From Dehalococcoidia bacterium (GTDB lineage: Bacteria > Chloroflexota > Dehalococcoidia > DSTF01 > RBG-16-68-14): a stretch of DNA of 64,000 bases. Positions within the stretch are counted from its first letter, which is position 1. The number at the start of each line of letters is the position of its first letter. Shown piece after piece: positions 35,529 to 48,051 of this stretch. The position numbers were made by a program, and so were the translations under genes. The stretch lies in assembly GCA_040882355.1 (NCBI GenBank), contig JBBEBM010000059.1, positions 1 through 64,000 of the forward strand, given 5' to 3'. The notes under the pieces are model-generated. The model had not been told where the DNA came from. It saw nothing but the letters and a program-made list of their open reading frames with translations, and did not search any database.

Positions 35529-36875
35529 CTATTCCCCGTCCCGCCAGCGCACTTCGTAGAGGCGCACCGGATCCTCGAAGCCTCGGAGGGCCACCGAGCC
35601 GCGCTCCGCGAACAGGAAGCCCTTGCCCGTCACGAGCTGGCGCACGACGTCCGTCACGACGATCTCGCCCTCGCCTGCGCTCTCCTTCGACCGCGCCGCC
35701 AGGATCACCGACGCGCCGAACAGGTCGTCGCCCTCCGTAATCGGCTCCCCTGCGTTGATGCCCGCCCTGATGCGGACTTGCTCACCGCAGACCTCTTGCG
35801 ACGAGAACGCGCGCTGCAGTGCGATCGCGCACTCGACCGCCTTCTGCGCCGACGTGAACGACGTCATGAAGCTGTCACCGATCGTCTTGATCTCCGAGCC
35901 GCCGTGCGCGCGCAGCGCGTCGCGCGTGATGCGCTCGTGCTCGCGGAGAACGTCGCGGCCCTTGGCGTCGCCAAGGCGCTCCATCATCGCCGTGTGCGCG
36001 ACGATGTCGGTGAAGAGGATCGTCCGAAAGACGCCGGTGTCCAGCTCGGGCGCGGAGAGCGGCCGGCCAGCGCCGGCGCGCGTTGTGATGAAGTCATGGA
36101 TCACGGCAATGCCCGCGGCGTTGGGGTAAGCAAGGCTAAACTCGCCTGGAATGGCCGCCATCTGGGCGCCGACGACGGCGGCGGCCAGGCTCCTCGCGGC
36201 GGCGGCACTCGCGTCGTTTCCCAACTGATGTAGGATCAGTGTGGGGACGCGGACTTGAGGCGCCAGCGCAAGCGGCTCATGAAGCGCCAAGACGTCATAC
36301 GCCGCACGGAACGTTTGGTTGGAATGAGAGGCGCGGACCAGCGCTGCGAGAGGCGTTGCGTCCGGCGAGTCCCATCCCGCATTCAGCCGCGAAAGGAGGT
36401 TGGTATACACTTCCCACTCGTCATCGAGGAGGGGCAAGACCGATGCCGTGACGCGGAACCAGGACGTATCGCGTGTCACGCCGAGCCGGCCGCTGAGCAC
36501 GAGCTGGGTGACGCGGTCCGGGCGCCGCACGGCGTACGCCAGCGGCAGGTCGCCAGCCGGGGCGCGCCAGAACAGAGCGACCTGATCGAGACCGAGCGAG
36601 TCGAGAACGGCCTCAAGGTCACGAGTGCCGGCCTCGACCGTGAAGTCGATCACGTCGTGTGGGGACATGCCCATACCACGAGGGTCGTAACGCACGACGG
36701 TTGCCCGTTCCGCCAGCCGCTCGTAGAATGCCCGCCTTCCGGGCAGGCTCCACTCGAACTGCAGGTGACTTGCGATCAGGCTGGGCGGGATTACCAGTGG
36801 CGGCCCTTCGCCGAACACCGTGTAGGCGATCTGGACGCCGTCGTCGGTCTTCGCGTACTGGATGCGCGGCTCCAT
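35529..36875 (-). CDS. alpha/beta hydrolase-like + class III adenylate/guanylate cyclase (LipJ-like architecture)
   Basis: IQYAKTDDGVQIAY, RYDPRGMGMS; FTDIVAHT, KTIGDSFM, LRGFEDPVRLY. Confidence 0.9.
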   Translation of the reverse strand: MEPRIQYAKTDDGVQIAYTVFGEGPPLVIPPSLIASHLQFEWSLPGRRAFYERLAERATVVRYDPRGMGMSPHDVIDFTVEAGTRDLEAVLDSLGLDQVALFWRAPAGDLPLAYAVRRPDRVTQLVLSGRLGVTRDTSWFRVTASVLPLLDDEWEVYTNLLSRLNAGWDSPDATPLAALVRASHSNQTFRAAYDVLALHEPLALAPQVRVPTLILHQLGNDASAAAARSLAAAVVGAQMAAIPGEFSLAYPNAAGIAVIHDFITTRAGAGRPLSAPELDTGVFRTILFTDIVAHTAMMERLGDAKGRDVLREHERITRDALRAHGGSEIKTIGDSFMTSFTSAQKAVECAIALQRAFSSQEVCGEQVRIRAGINAGEPITEGDDLFGASVILAARSKESAGEGEIVVTDVVRQLVTGKGFLFAERGSVALRGFEDPVRLYEVRWRDGE

Positions 36876-36948
36876 GGCGACCCTATCTTACATCAGCGCG
36901 TGTCGGCCATGGGCGGCGCCCAGTAGGACGCGCCGAAGGCACCGCCCA

Positions 36949-37605
36949 TCACCCAACCGCCAGCGCGAGCTGTTCGCCCTCGATACGTGCGCGGACGGGG
37001 GCGAAGGAGCGGCGGTGGATGGCGCAGGGGCCGTGCTGCTGCAGGGCGCGCTGGTGGTCGGGCGTGCAGTAGCCGCGATTGTGGTCGAAGCCGTAGGGCG
37101 GGTAGGTCTCGTGGAACCCGTCCATGAGCCGGTCGCGCTCCACCTTGGCGATGATCGAGGCGGCGGCGATCGATGCGCTGAGCGCGTCGCCGTGGATGAT
37201 CGACCGCTGCGGGCGGCGGTCGCGCGGCAGGGTCATCGCGTCGAGCAGCAGGAGGTCGGGCGCGCAGGGCAGGGCGTCGAGGGCGCGGCGCATGGCGCGT
37301 CGCGTCGCTTCCATGAGGCCGGCGGTATCGATCTCGTCGCTGCTGGCGACGCCGGAGGCGACGGCGGCGCTGTCGCGCAGGCGGACGGCGAGGCGCTCGC
37401 GCTGGGGTGCGGTGAGCAGCTTGCAGTCGCGCAGGTCCGACCACCAGTCGACGGCGGCCTGCGGGTCGAGGACGGCGGCGCCCGCGACGACGGGGCCGGC
37501 CATGGGGCCGCGCCCGGCCTCGTCCACGCCGGCGACGTGTCGATGGCCCGCGCGCCAGGCGCGGATCTCCTCGCTCAGCGTTGGGATGGCGCGAAACAGC
37601 CCCAC
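36949..37605 (-). CDS. rnhB: ribonuclease HII
   Basis: GVDEAGRGPMAGPVV, SIAAASIIAKVERD, HNRGY, IHRRSF; TTGACC-17-TAGCAT promoter upstream. Confidence 0.96.
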   Translation of the reverse strand: MGLFRAIPTLSEEIRAWRAGHRHVAGVDEAGRGPMAGPVVAGAAVLDPQAAVDWWSDLRDCKLLTAPQRERLAVRLRDSAAVASGVASSDEIDTAGLMEATRRAMRRALDALPCAPDLLLLDAMTLPRDRRPQRSIIHGDALSASIAAASIIAKVERDRLMDGFHETYPPYGFDHNRGYCTPDHQRALQQHGPCAIHRRSFAPVRARIEGEQLALAVG

Positions 37606-37871
37606 AAGCGACTCTCAGGGCGATGCTACGCCGCCCAGGCGGAACGGTCAACGTGCTGGTCCCTTCGCTGCGCTCAAGGGCAGGCGCTGGTTGCTTGTCG
37701 CTGGTCGCTGGTACCGCCTGGGGAGGGGGCCTCGCACGAGGTGCTTCGAGCACGCGGTGGTTAATAGGGCGGCGGACGGGCGCATAACGGGCATCGCGGT
37801 GGCGGGCAGATTCGCGCTGAGATGGTATGATTCGGCTACGAGGTCGTTTCTATCTACGCTGGAGGTTTACG

Positions 37872-38060
37872 ATGCCCATCGTTCGAGTGGAGATGTGGCC
37901 GGGCCGGACGCAGGCCCAGAAGCGGGAGCTCGCCCGCGCGATCACGGAGGCTGTCTGCAACATCGCCCATACGACGCCGGAGGCGACGATCGTCGTCTTC
38001 CAGGACGTGGCGAAGGACGATTGGGCGCAGGCGGGCAGGCTGGCTTCGGAGGACGAGTGA
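37872..38060 (+). CDS. 4-oxalocrotonate tautomerase family protein
   Basis: MPIVRVEMWPGRTQAQKRELARAITEA, N-terminal Pro; GGAGG RBS. Confidence 0.92.
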   Translation: MPIVRVEMWPGRTQAQKRELARAITEAVCNIAHTTPEATIVVFQDVAKDDWAQAGRLASEDE

Positions 38061-38226
38061 ACCGTGCCCTGTCGCAGGTCGATACTATCGCCGGAGGCCT
38101 CAGAATCGAAGGCCGGGGCTCGTTCACAAGCGCCTTCCGCTCTGATATAATGAGTCCGATGCTCAGATTTGGCTTCCCTGCCTGGTCGAAGCTCGAGCGA
38201 CGGCACAGAAAGCAGGTGCGCATAGC

Positions 38227-40218
<1,992 letters not shown>

Positions 40219-40241
40219 CTACGTGAATCCGAACACCGCTT

Positions 40242-40271
40242 CAGAAGGCCCGCTGCAAAGCGGGCCTTCTG
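40242..40271 (+). terminator. hairpin downstream of ftsH
   Basis: CAGAAGGCCCGCT-GCAA-AGCGGGCCTTCTG. Confidence 0.75.
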
Positions 40272-40371
40272 CTATGCCGGATGCAGCGCCTCTTCACAAA
40301 GGTCGATACTTACGTGATCCGCCAAAGGCGGACGGGCGGGCCCGCCAACGGCGGACGGGCGCAGGACAGCG

Positions 40372-40704
40372 ATGCGACGCAAGGTGCTTGGGAACAGCTA
40401 CACCCGGCAGGAGCCACGGCTCGCGGCCGTGCTGGCGTATCTGCTCTGGGTCATCGGGGGCATGCTGCTGCTGACGATCGAACGCGAGAGTCGGTTCGTG
40501 CGCTTCCACGCCCTGCAGTCGATCCTGTTCTCGAGCGTCGTCGCAGCCGGCCTCACGGCGGCGATGCTGGCCGGGCTGTGGGCGGTGAGCGCGGCGCTGG
40601 GGTTCGTCGCGGTAGGGGTGTGGCTCTGGCTAATCTACCGGGCGGCCCGCGGTGATTGGTACCAGCTTCCGGCCCTCGGCTGGCTGGCGGAGCGGAGCGC
40701 CTGA
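40372..40704 (+). CDS. DUF4870-like small membrane protein
   Basis: LAYLLWVIGG..ESRFVRFHALQS...YQLP..G.LAE. Confidence 0.8.
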   Translation: MRRKVLGNSYTRQEPRLAAVLAYLLWVIGGMLLLTIERESRFVRFHALQSILFSSVVAAGLTAAMLAGLWAVSAALGFVAVGVWLWLIYRAARGDWYQLPALGWLAERSA

Positions 40705-40742
40705 CATGGGCGGCGGAGGCATTCGAGGACGCCGGGCGGCGG

Positions 40743-40787
40743 TTGATCGTCCCCCGGGCCGGTGCTACATTGTGCCCGCGTGCGCAA
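40743..40787 (+). promoter_or_regulatory. rex promoter with overlapping Rex-operator-like site
   Basis: TTGATC-17-TACATT; TTGTGCCCGCGTGCGCAA (40770-40787) resembles the TTGTG-N8-CACAA Rex operator. Confidence 0.6.
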
Positions 40788-40831
40788 TCACAAAGTGGCC
40801 ACACGCGGGGGAGCATCTCGAGGAGTAACGG

Positions 40832-41470
40832 ATGCCTATCGCGATCCCGGAGGTGGTCATCGACCGGCTCCCCGTCTACGCTCGCGCTCTCGCGCTGCTT
40901 GAGCGCCAGGGACGGGACGTGGTCAGCTCTCAGGAGTTGGGCGAGCAGCTCGGTGTTACACCTGCGCAGATCCGGAAAGACCTGAGCTACTTCGGCCGCT
41001 TCGGCAAGCAGGGCCGCGGCTATAACGTCGGGCGGCTGCTCGCTGAGCTGCGCCAGATCCTGGGCCTGACGCGCGACTGGTCGATGGTGCTGGTAGGCGT
41101 CGGGCGGCTGGGGCGCGCGATCGTCGGCTACGCCGGCTTCGCGCCGCAGGGCTATCGCATCGTCGCGGTGTTCGACAGCGACCCGGCGATCGTCGGCAGC
41201 GACGTGGACGGCCTGATCGTGAAGCCGGTCGACGCCCTGGAGAGCGCGCTGCGCGACCAGCAGGTCGACATCGGCATCGTGGCGGTGCCGGGAGCGAACG
41301 CGCAGGAGGTGATCGATAAGCTGGTGGCGGCGGGCGTGAAGGCGATCCTGAACTACGCGCCGATCGCGGCGCAGGTGCCGCCGGACGTGCACGTCAAGGA
41401 CATCGACCCGGTGCTGGCGCTCCAGAGCATGACCTTCTACGTGAAGGACCAGACGACGGCGGCGAAGTAG
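40832..41470 (+). CDS. rex: redox-sensing transcriptional repressor Rex
   Basis: RLPVY, QIRKDLSYFGRFGKQGRGY, GVGRLG, ILNYAP. Confidence 0.96.
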   Translation: MPIAIPEVVIDRLPVYARALALLERQGRDVVSSQELGEQLGVTPAQIRKDLSYFGRFGKQGRGYNVGRLLAELRQILGLTRDWSMVLVGVGRLGRAIVGYAGFAPQGYRIVAVFDSDPAIVGSDVDGLIVKPVDALESALRDQQVDIGIVAVPGANAQEVIDKLVAAGVKAILNYAPIAAQVPPDVHVKDIDPVLALQSMTFYVKDQTTAAK

Positions 41471-41472
41471 GC

Positions 41473-41820
41473 CTACTCCAGCCGTCGCACTCGCATTCGT
41501 CCAGGCGTCAAGACGAGGAGCTTCCCGGCGATTTCGTCGCCCAGCTCGCGGACGGCGTCCGCCAAAAACCCAGCCTCGGTGGCTGTCGAGACTCGATCGA
41601 AGCCACGGAGGAGCATCACTGCGATAGGCGTCGGCTTCGGATGAGGGAAGCCAAGGTCAGCGGTCACGAAGATTCGCTCCTCCCGGACCGCCAAGGCCCA
41701 CAGCGCCTCGTCATCCGACCCGCGCAGGTCGCTGTGCGGCACCCAAACAACATCGTGGCCCTCATTGCGGAGGGCCAGAGCTGCATCTCGTGGGACGTTC
41801 TCGTCAAGCAGGAAGCGCAT
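41473..41820 (-). CDS. DUF5615 PIN-like toxin
   Basis: [27 protein letters not shown]. Confidence 0.88.
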   Translation of the reverse strand: MRFLLDENVPRDAALALRNEGHDVVWVPHSDLRGSDDEALWALAVREERIFVTADLGFPHPKPTPIAVMLLRGFDRVSTATEAGFLADAVRELGDEIAGKLLVLTPGRMRVRRLE

Positions 41821-42031
41821 AGACGCGCTCGTCGCCGAGGACTTCGGCCGCGTAGGCTAACGCCGCGCGCACGTCCGCTTCCGTAATCACGAACTGGTCG
41901 CACACGCGGGCGACGTCATCGCCGCCGGCAAGGGCGGCGATGATGGCCTGAACGGGCACACGCGTCCCCTGGATGACGGGCCTGCCGCGCATGATCTTGG
42001 CGTCGACGCTGATGCGGTCTTGCCAGCTCAT
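41804..42031 (-). CDS. DUF433 antitoxin
   Basis: [22 protein letters not shown]...[10 protein letters not shown]. Confidence 0.92.
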   Translation of the reverse strand: MSWQDRISVDAKIMRGRPVIQGTRVPVQAIIAALAGGDDVARVCDQFVITEADVRAALAYAAEVLGDERVYALPA

Positions 42032-42040
42032 GGCCCTATT

Positions 42041-42188
42041 CTAGCACGGTGCTGAAAACCCCAAGAAACAATGTCATTCGTTCCCACCCGCCCGCCCAGG
42101 GGAGTATTGGTGAATCTGGGGGGACACCCCCCAGGCCCCCGGCAGGGCGCTGCGCCCCCTGCACCCCTGCTCTTCAGCCGCGCGTTAG
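42041..42188. mobile_element. MITE-like non-autonomous element (~148 bp)
   Basis: Imperfect terminal inverted repeats CTAGCACGGTGCTGAAAA / TCTTCAGCCGCGCGTTAG; internal GGGGGACACCCCC hairpin motif; no ORF with a recognisable product. Confidence 0.6.
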
Positions 42189-42212
42189 GAGTTGGCGGCG
42201 CAGGGAGTCTCC

Positions 42213-44105
<1,893 letters not shown>

Positions 44106-44139
44106 GGTCCGTTCCTCTCTTACGGGTGTGTTGTATTCT

Positions 44140-44394
44140 TCAGACGGTCGCCGGTTCCTGTTCGGCGCCGGGATTCACCCTGAGATAGGTCGAAACGGCC
44201 GCCTTGGTTCGCCATGCAGAGTGCACTACAGGCGGCAGATCCCTACCCAGGGCGTAGTGCAGGATAACGTAGTAGTGCCGGTTGCCGTGCCTCTTCCATT
44301 CGACCTTCACGTTTTCCTGGTTATGCCAAGGCACATCCTCTCGGATGGCGGCGATGCTTCGTACGCTCTCCTCATCTACGATTCCACAACTCAT
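44140..44394 (-). CDS. small hypothetical protein between grpE and dnaK
   Basis: ATGA overlap with the grpE stop; fills the intergenic space; lower GC than its neighbours. Confidence 0.5.
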   Translation of the reverse strand: MSCGIVDEESVRSIAAIREDVPWHNQENVKVEWKRHGNRHYYVILHYALGRDLPPVVHSAWRTKAAVSTYLRVNPGAEQEPATV

Positions 44395-45008
44395 GCTTGT
44401 CCCTCCGCATCTATTCTCGTTGTGTCGTCTCCCGCGTCCCGCGTCTCGTCTGACGTGCCGTCTGCGGCAGGCGGCGTGCCGCGGCCCACGACGACCATGG
44501 CCGGGCGGATGACGCGGTCGCCGAGCGTGTAGCCCTTCTGGACGACGGAGACGACCTTGCCCTCCTCGCCGGGCGCTTCGCTGATCGCTTCGTGGACGTT
44601 CGGGTCGAAGGGCTGGCCCTCGGCCTGGATCTCTTTGACGCCGGCGCTCTCCAGCACGTTCTGGAACTTGCGGTAGATGAGCCAGATGCCGTCGATCCAG
44701 GTGAGCCCGGCGAGCTTCGTGTCGACGTTGCGCAGGGCGCGCTCGAGGTCGTCGACGAGCGGAAGGAGGTTGAAGATGACGGCGGCGTTGGCGAGCCGGC
44801 CGACTTCACTGCGCTCCTGCTCGACGCGACGCTTGAAGTTCTGGTAGTCGGCGGCGGCGCGCTGCCAGCTCGAGAGGTAGTCCTGGGCCTTCTGCTTCTC
44901 CTCTTCGAGGCGCGCGCGCAGGCCCGCGACGTCGTCGGGCTCGTCGGCGGGCGGCTTGGGCGCCGCCGGCTCCTCCTGGGTCGCCTCCGATTCTCGTTCC
45001 TGCGTCAT
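44391..45008 (-). CDS. grpE: nucleotide exchange factor GrpE
   Basis: RAAADYQNFKRR, LLPLVDDLERAL, FDPNVHEA, KGY.LGDRVIRPAMVVV. Confidence 0.97.
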   Translation of the reverse strand: MTQERESEATQEEPAAPKPPADEPDDVAGLRARLEEEKQKAQDYLSSWQRAAADYQNFKRRVEQERSEVGRLANAAVIFNLLPLVDDLERALRNVDTKLAGLTWIDGIWLIYRKFQNVLESAGVKEIQAEGQPFDPNVHEAISEAPGEEGKVVSVVQKGYTLGDRVIRPAMVVVGRGTPPAADGTSDETRDAGDDTTRIDAEGQA

Positions 45009-45030
45009 CCTTGATCGCCCTCGTTTGGTC

Positions 45031-46074
45031 TTATGGGTAGTACTGCGCGAGCAGGTCGCTCATCACGTTCGCCAGGTAGCGGACGGTCGAGATCGTGCGC
45101 GGGTAGCGCATGCGCATCGGGCCGAGCACCGCGATCACGCCGGAGGCGACGCCCTGCGAGCCGTACGAGCCGAGGATGACGCTGCACTCGCGCATCGCCT
45201 CGCTCGCCGAGCCGAGACGCGGGTTGTCGGCGCCGATAATCACGGTGACGCCCTCCTGCGCAAGCGCGTGCAGGGGAATGGTGCGGGCGAGGTTGCCCTG
45301 GTCGAGCAGATCGAGCAGCTCCAGCACGCGGGCGCTGTCGGCGAACTCGGGCTGTGCAAGGATGTGGCGGATCCCCTCCAGATACGTCTCGTCGGCGCTG
45401 CCCTCGTCCACGGCGCGCATCGTCGACTCGACGATGTCGAGCACCTGACGCTCCACGGGCGTCAGGATGGCCGCGCGCTCAGCGACACCGGCGATCTCGT
45501 GAGCGGTGAGGCCCTCGACGGGATGGTTCAGCTTCGCGGCGGTGGCGCTCAGCTCCTCTTGCGTGGCTGCGGCATCGAGCGAGACGACCTGCTGCTTGAG
45601 GCGCGCCTGGTCGAGCACCAGGACGAGCAGCGCGGCGGTGTCGTTCAGGCTGACGAGCTCCAGGTGCTTGAGACGGCAGGCGGTCGTTCGCGGCGCGGTG
45701 ACGACAGCGGCGTTTTCGACGACCTGGGCCAGGATAGAGGCGCCCAGGTGCACCCAGCCCTCCTGACCGCCCTCGAGCTGGTGAAACTGGTGGCGGATCG
45801 TCTCCTGCGCCTCGGCGGGCAGCTCTTCCTCGCCCATGAGCCACTCGACGTAGAAGCGATAGCCCTGCTCGGTGGGCACCCGGCCGGCCGACGTGTGTGG
45901 GTGGCCGAGGAAGCCCTGCTCCTCGAGCTCGGCCATCTCGTTCCTCACGGTGGCGGACGAAACGCCCAGCCGGTACTTGCGCGTGATCGACTGCGACCCG
46001 ACGGGCTGCGCCGTGTCCACGTGCTCCCGGACGACGATGTCGAGAATGCGGGACTGACGTTCAGTCAGCATCAA
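45031..46074 (-). CDS. hrcA: heat-inducible repressor HrcA
   Basis: PVGS, SSATVRNEMAELE, PHTSAGRVPT..GYRFYV, GPMRMRY. Confidence 0.97.
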   Translation of the reverse strand: MMLTERQSRILDIVVREHVDTAQPVGSQSITRKYRLGVSSATVRNEMAELEEQGFLGHPHTSAGRVPTEQGYRFYVEWLMGEEELPAEAQETIRHQFHQLEGGQEGWVHLGASILAQVVENAAVVTAPRTTACRLKHLELVSLNDTAALLVLVLDQARLKQQVVSLDAAATQEELSATAAKLNHPVEGLTAHEIAGVAERAAILTPVERQVLDIVESTMRAVDEGSADETYLEGIRHILAQPEFADSARVLELLDLLDQGNLARTIPLHALAQEGVTVIIGADNPRLGSASEAMRECSVILGSYGSQGVASGVIAVLGPMRMRYPRTISTVRYLANVMSDLLAQYYP

Positions 46075-46092
46075 CAGCCTCCATATAGGCGA

Positions 46093-46119
46093 TTAGCACT
46101 CTCAAGGCAAGAGTGCTAA
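46093..46119. promoter_or_regulatory. CIRCE element
   Basis: Perfect TTAGCACTC-N9-GAGTGCTAA; TTGACA-18-TAGACT promoter on the minus strand at 46128-46157. Confidence 0.97.
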
Positions 46120-46177
46120 TCGATATCAGTCTAGCGTTCAGAACGGGAGGGTGTCAAGGTGAGCGGGCGGGCGGCGC

Positions 46178-46699
46178 CTAGCCGCTGTAGTTCCAGCCCG
46201 TGTACGAAGACGTGAGGGGCTGCGAATCGCGCAGCAGGTTGCCATCGGTCACCCTGGCGATGACGAGTGTGTGATCACCTGTGGCGACGAACTGCTGCGA
46301 CTCGCAACCGAGCCAGGCCATAGCGGTATCGAGGACGGGACAGCCACCAGCGGTCAGCGTGTGGCCGATGCCCTGGAGCTTGTGGTGGACCTCGCCTGCA
46401 GCCGTCCGGGTGCGGCCTTTGACCTTGGCGCCATAGTACGGCTGGGCGAACCTGGCTGCCAGCTCCATGCTGTCATGGTCCTGAGAGAGTGCGTTGACCG
46501 TGAACCCGCCATTGTCGCGGATGTTCCTCAACGTGTGAGCATCATTCTCGAATGCCACAGCCACGAGCCGCGGCTGAAACGAGACCTGCATCACCCAGTC
46601 CGCCATCATGCCGTTCACTTCACCGCCCAACTGCGAGCCGATGATATACAGCCCGTAGGGCATCTCGTCCATCACCTGCGCGATCCGGTCTTCGCTCAT
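46178..46699 (-). CDS. flavin reductase family protein
   Basis: PYGLYIIG, WVMQVSFQP, GCPVL, TGDHTLVI. Confidence 0.88.
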   Translation of the reverse strand: MSEDRIAQVMDEMPYGLYIIGSQLGGEVNGMMADWVMQVSFQPRLVAVAFENDAHTLRNIRDNGGFTVNALSQDHDSMELAARFAQPYYGAKVKGRTRTAAGEVHHKLQGIGHTLTAGGCPVLDTAMAWLGCESQQFVATGDHTLVIARVTDGNLLRDSQPLTSSYTGWNYSG

Positions 46700-46947
46700 C
46701 ATCCACCTCCGGCCGGCTGGCGGGCCTGTTGGCACCGGGCAGCGCCAGCCACTAACAAGGGCACACCGTCACTTTACGTTCGGTGCCCGCGCCCTGGCCC
46801 CTGCCAAAGCGCCCTAAGCGAGGGGGTTGTTACGCCTATTCCGCGCGGGTCGCGCGGATTCGCCCGAACTCGCGCGACCCGGGCCGTTCGGTCGGATCAA
46901 AGGAACGTGGTATACTTCCGACATCTAGGGCAGGACGCTCACCTCGA

Positions 46948-47988
46948 ATGGAGCCAGCTTCGTTGACGCATCGCGCGCGGGTCGCCGGTCTCGGCAAATA
47001 CTTGCCGGAGCGGGTGCTCACGAACCACGACCTGGAGCGGTTGGTCGAGACCTCGGACGAGTGGATCCGCGACCGCACGGGAATCGTCGAGCGGCACATG
47101 GCGGCCGACAACGAGACCGCCAGCTCGATGGGCATCGAGGCGGGGCGCCAGGCGCTCGATCAGGCGGCGATCGATCCTTCAGACATCGACCTCGTCATCG
47201 CGGCGACGACAACGCCCGACGGCATGTTCCCTTCGGTCGCGTCGCTGATCCAGCACGGCCTCGGGGCGAAGCGGGCGGCCGCGTTCGACATCAACGCGGC
47301 CTGCGTTGGCTTCGTGACAGGTGTCGCGACCGCTTCGCAGTTCATCGCCAGCGGCGTCTATCGCCGGGTGCTCGTCGTTGGCAGCGACGTGCTCTCGCGC
47401 ATCATCGACTGGGAAGACCGCTCAACGTGCGTCCTCTTCGCCGACGGCGCGGGCGCTGTCGTGCTGGAGGCATCGGAACGGGGCGGGCCGCTCTCCTTCG
47501 TCCTGCACAGCGACGGCGGGGGCGCGCAGGTCCTGCACGCGCCCGGCCCCTGCGGGCCACCCGGGTCGGCTGACCCCGGACGCTACTTCGTCGAGATGGA
47601 CGGGCCGCAGGTGTTCAAGTTCGCCGTTCACGCGATGGAGTCCGCTACACGTGAGGCGTTGAGATCGGCGGGCCTGGGCCTGGACGACGTCGACCTGCTG
47701 ATCCCCCACCAGGCGAACCTACGCATCATCAACGCGACGGCGAGGGCGCTCGGCCTGCCGGCGGAGAAGGCGATGGTGAACGTCGACCGTTACGGCAACA
47801 CCTCGTCAGCGTCGATCCCGATCGCGCTGCGCGAGGCGTGGGAGCAGGGCCGTCTGCACGACGGCGACCGCCTGGTGCTCGTCGGCTTCGGCGGCGGGCT
47901 GGCCTGGGGCGCGATGGTGCTCGAGTGGGCACCCGTCGGGCCGGTGCCCGACCCTCAGCAGACGGCGGAAGTTGTCGCGGGAAGCTAG
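46948..47988 (+). CDS. fabH: 3-oxoacyl-ACP synthase III
   Basis: ETSDEWIRDRTGI, NAACVGF, IPHQANLRII, YGNTSSAS, FGGGLAWG. Confidence 0.95.
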   Translation: MEPASLTHRARVAGLGKYLPERVLTNHDLERLVETSDEWIRDRTGIVERHMAADNETASSMGIEAGRQALDQAAIDPSDIDLVIAATTTPDGMFPSVASLIQHGLGAKRAAAFDINAACVGFVTGVATASQFIASGVYRRVLVVGSDVLSRIIDWEDRSTCVLFADGAGAVVLEASERGGPLSFVLHSDGGGAQVLHAPGPCGPPGSADPGRYFVEMDGPQVFKFAVHAMESATREALRSAGLGLDDVDLLIPHQANLRIINATARALGLPAEKAMVNVDRYGNTSSASIPIALREAWEQGRLHDGDRLVLVGFGGGLAWGAMVLEWAPVGPVPDPQQTAEVVAGS

Positions 47989-48051
47989 CAGCGCGGGCAT
48001 GACGCGCGACACGACCTCCCCGTTCGGGGCGGTCTCTTGTGAGAGTAACGC

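Noticed and set aside
37660..37715. CCCTTCGCTGCGCTCAAGGGCAGGC plus heptamer repeats upstream of rnhB as an RNA gene
   Set aside because: Looks like a short dispersed intergenic repeat; no tRNA or known ncRNA structure
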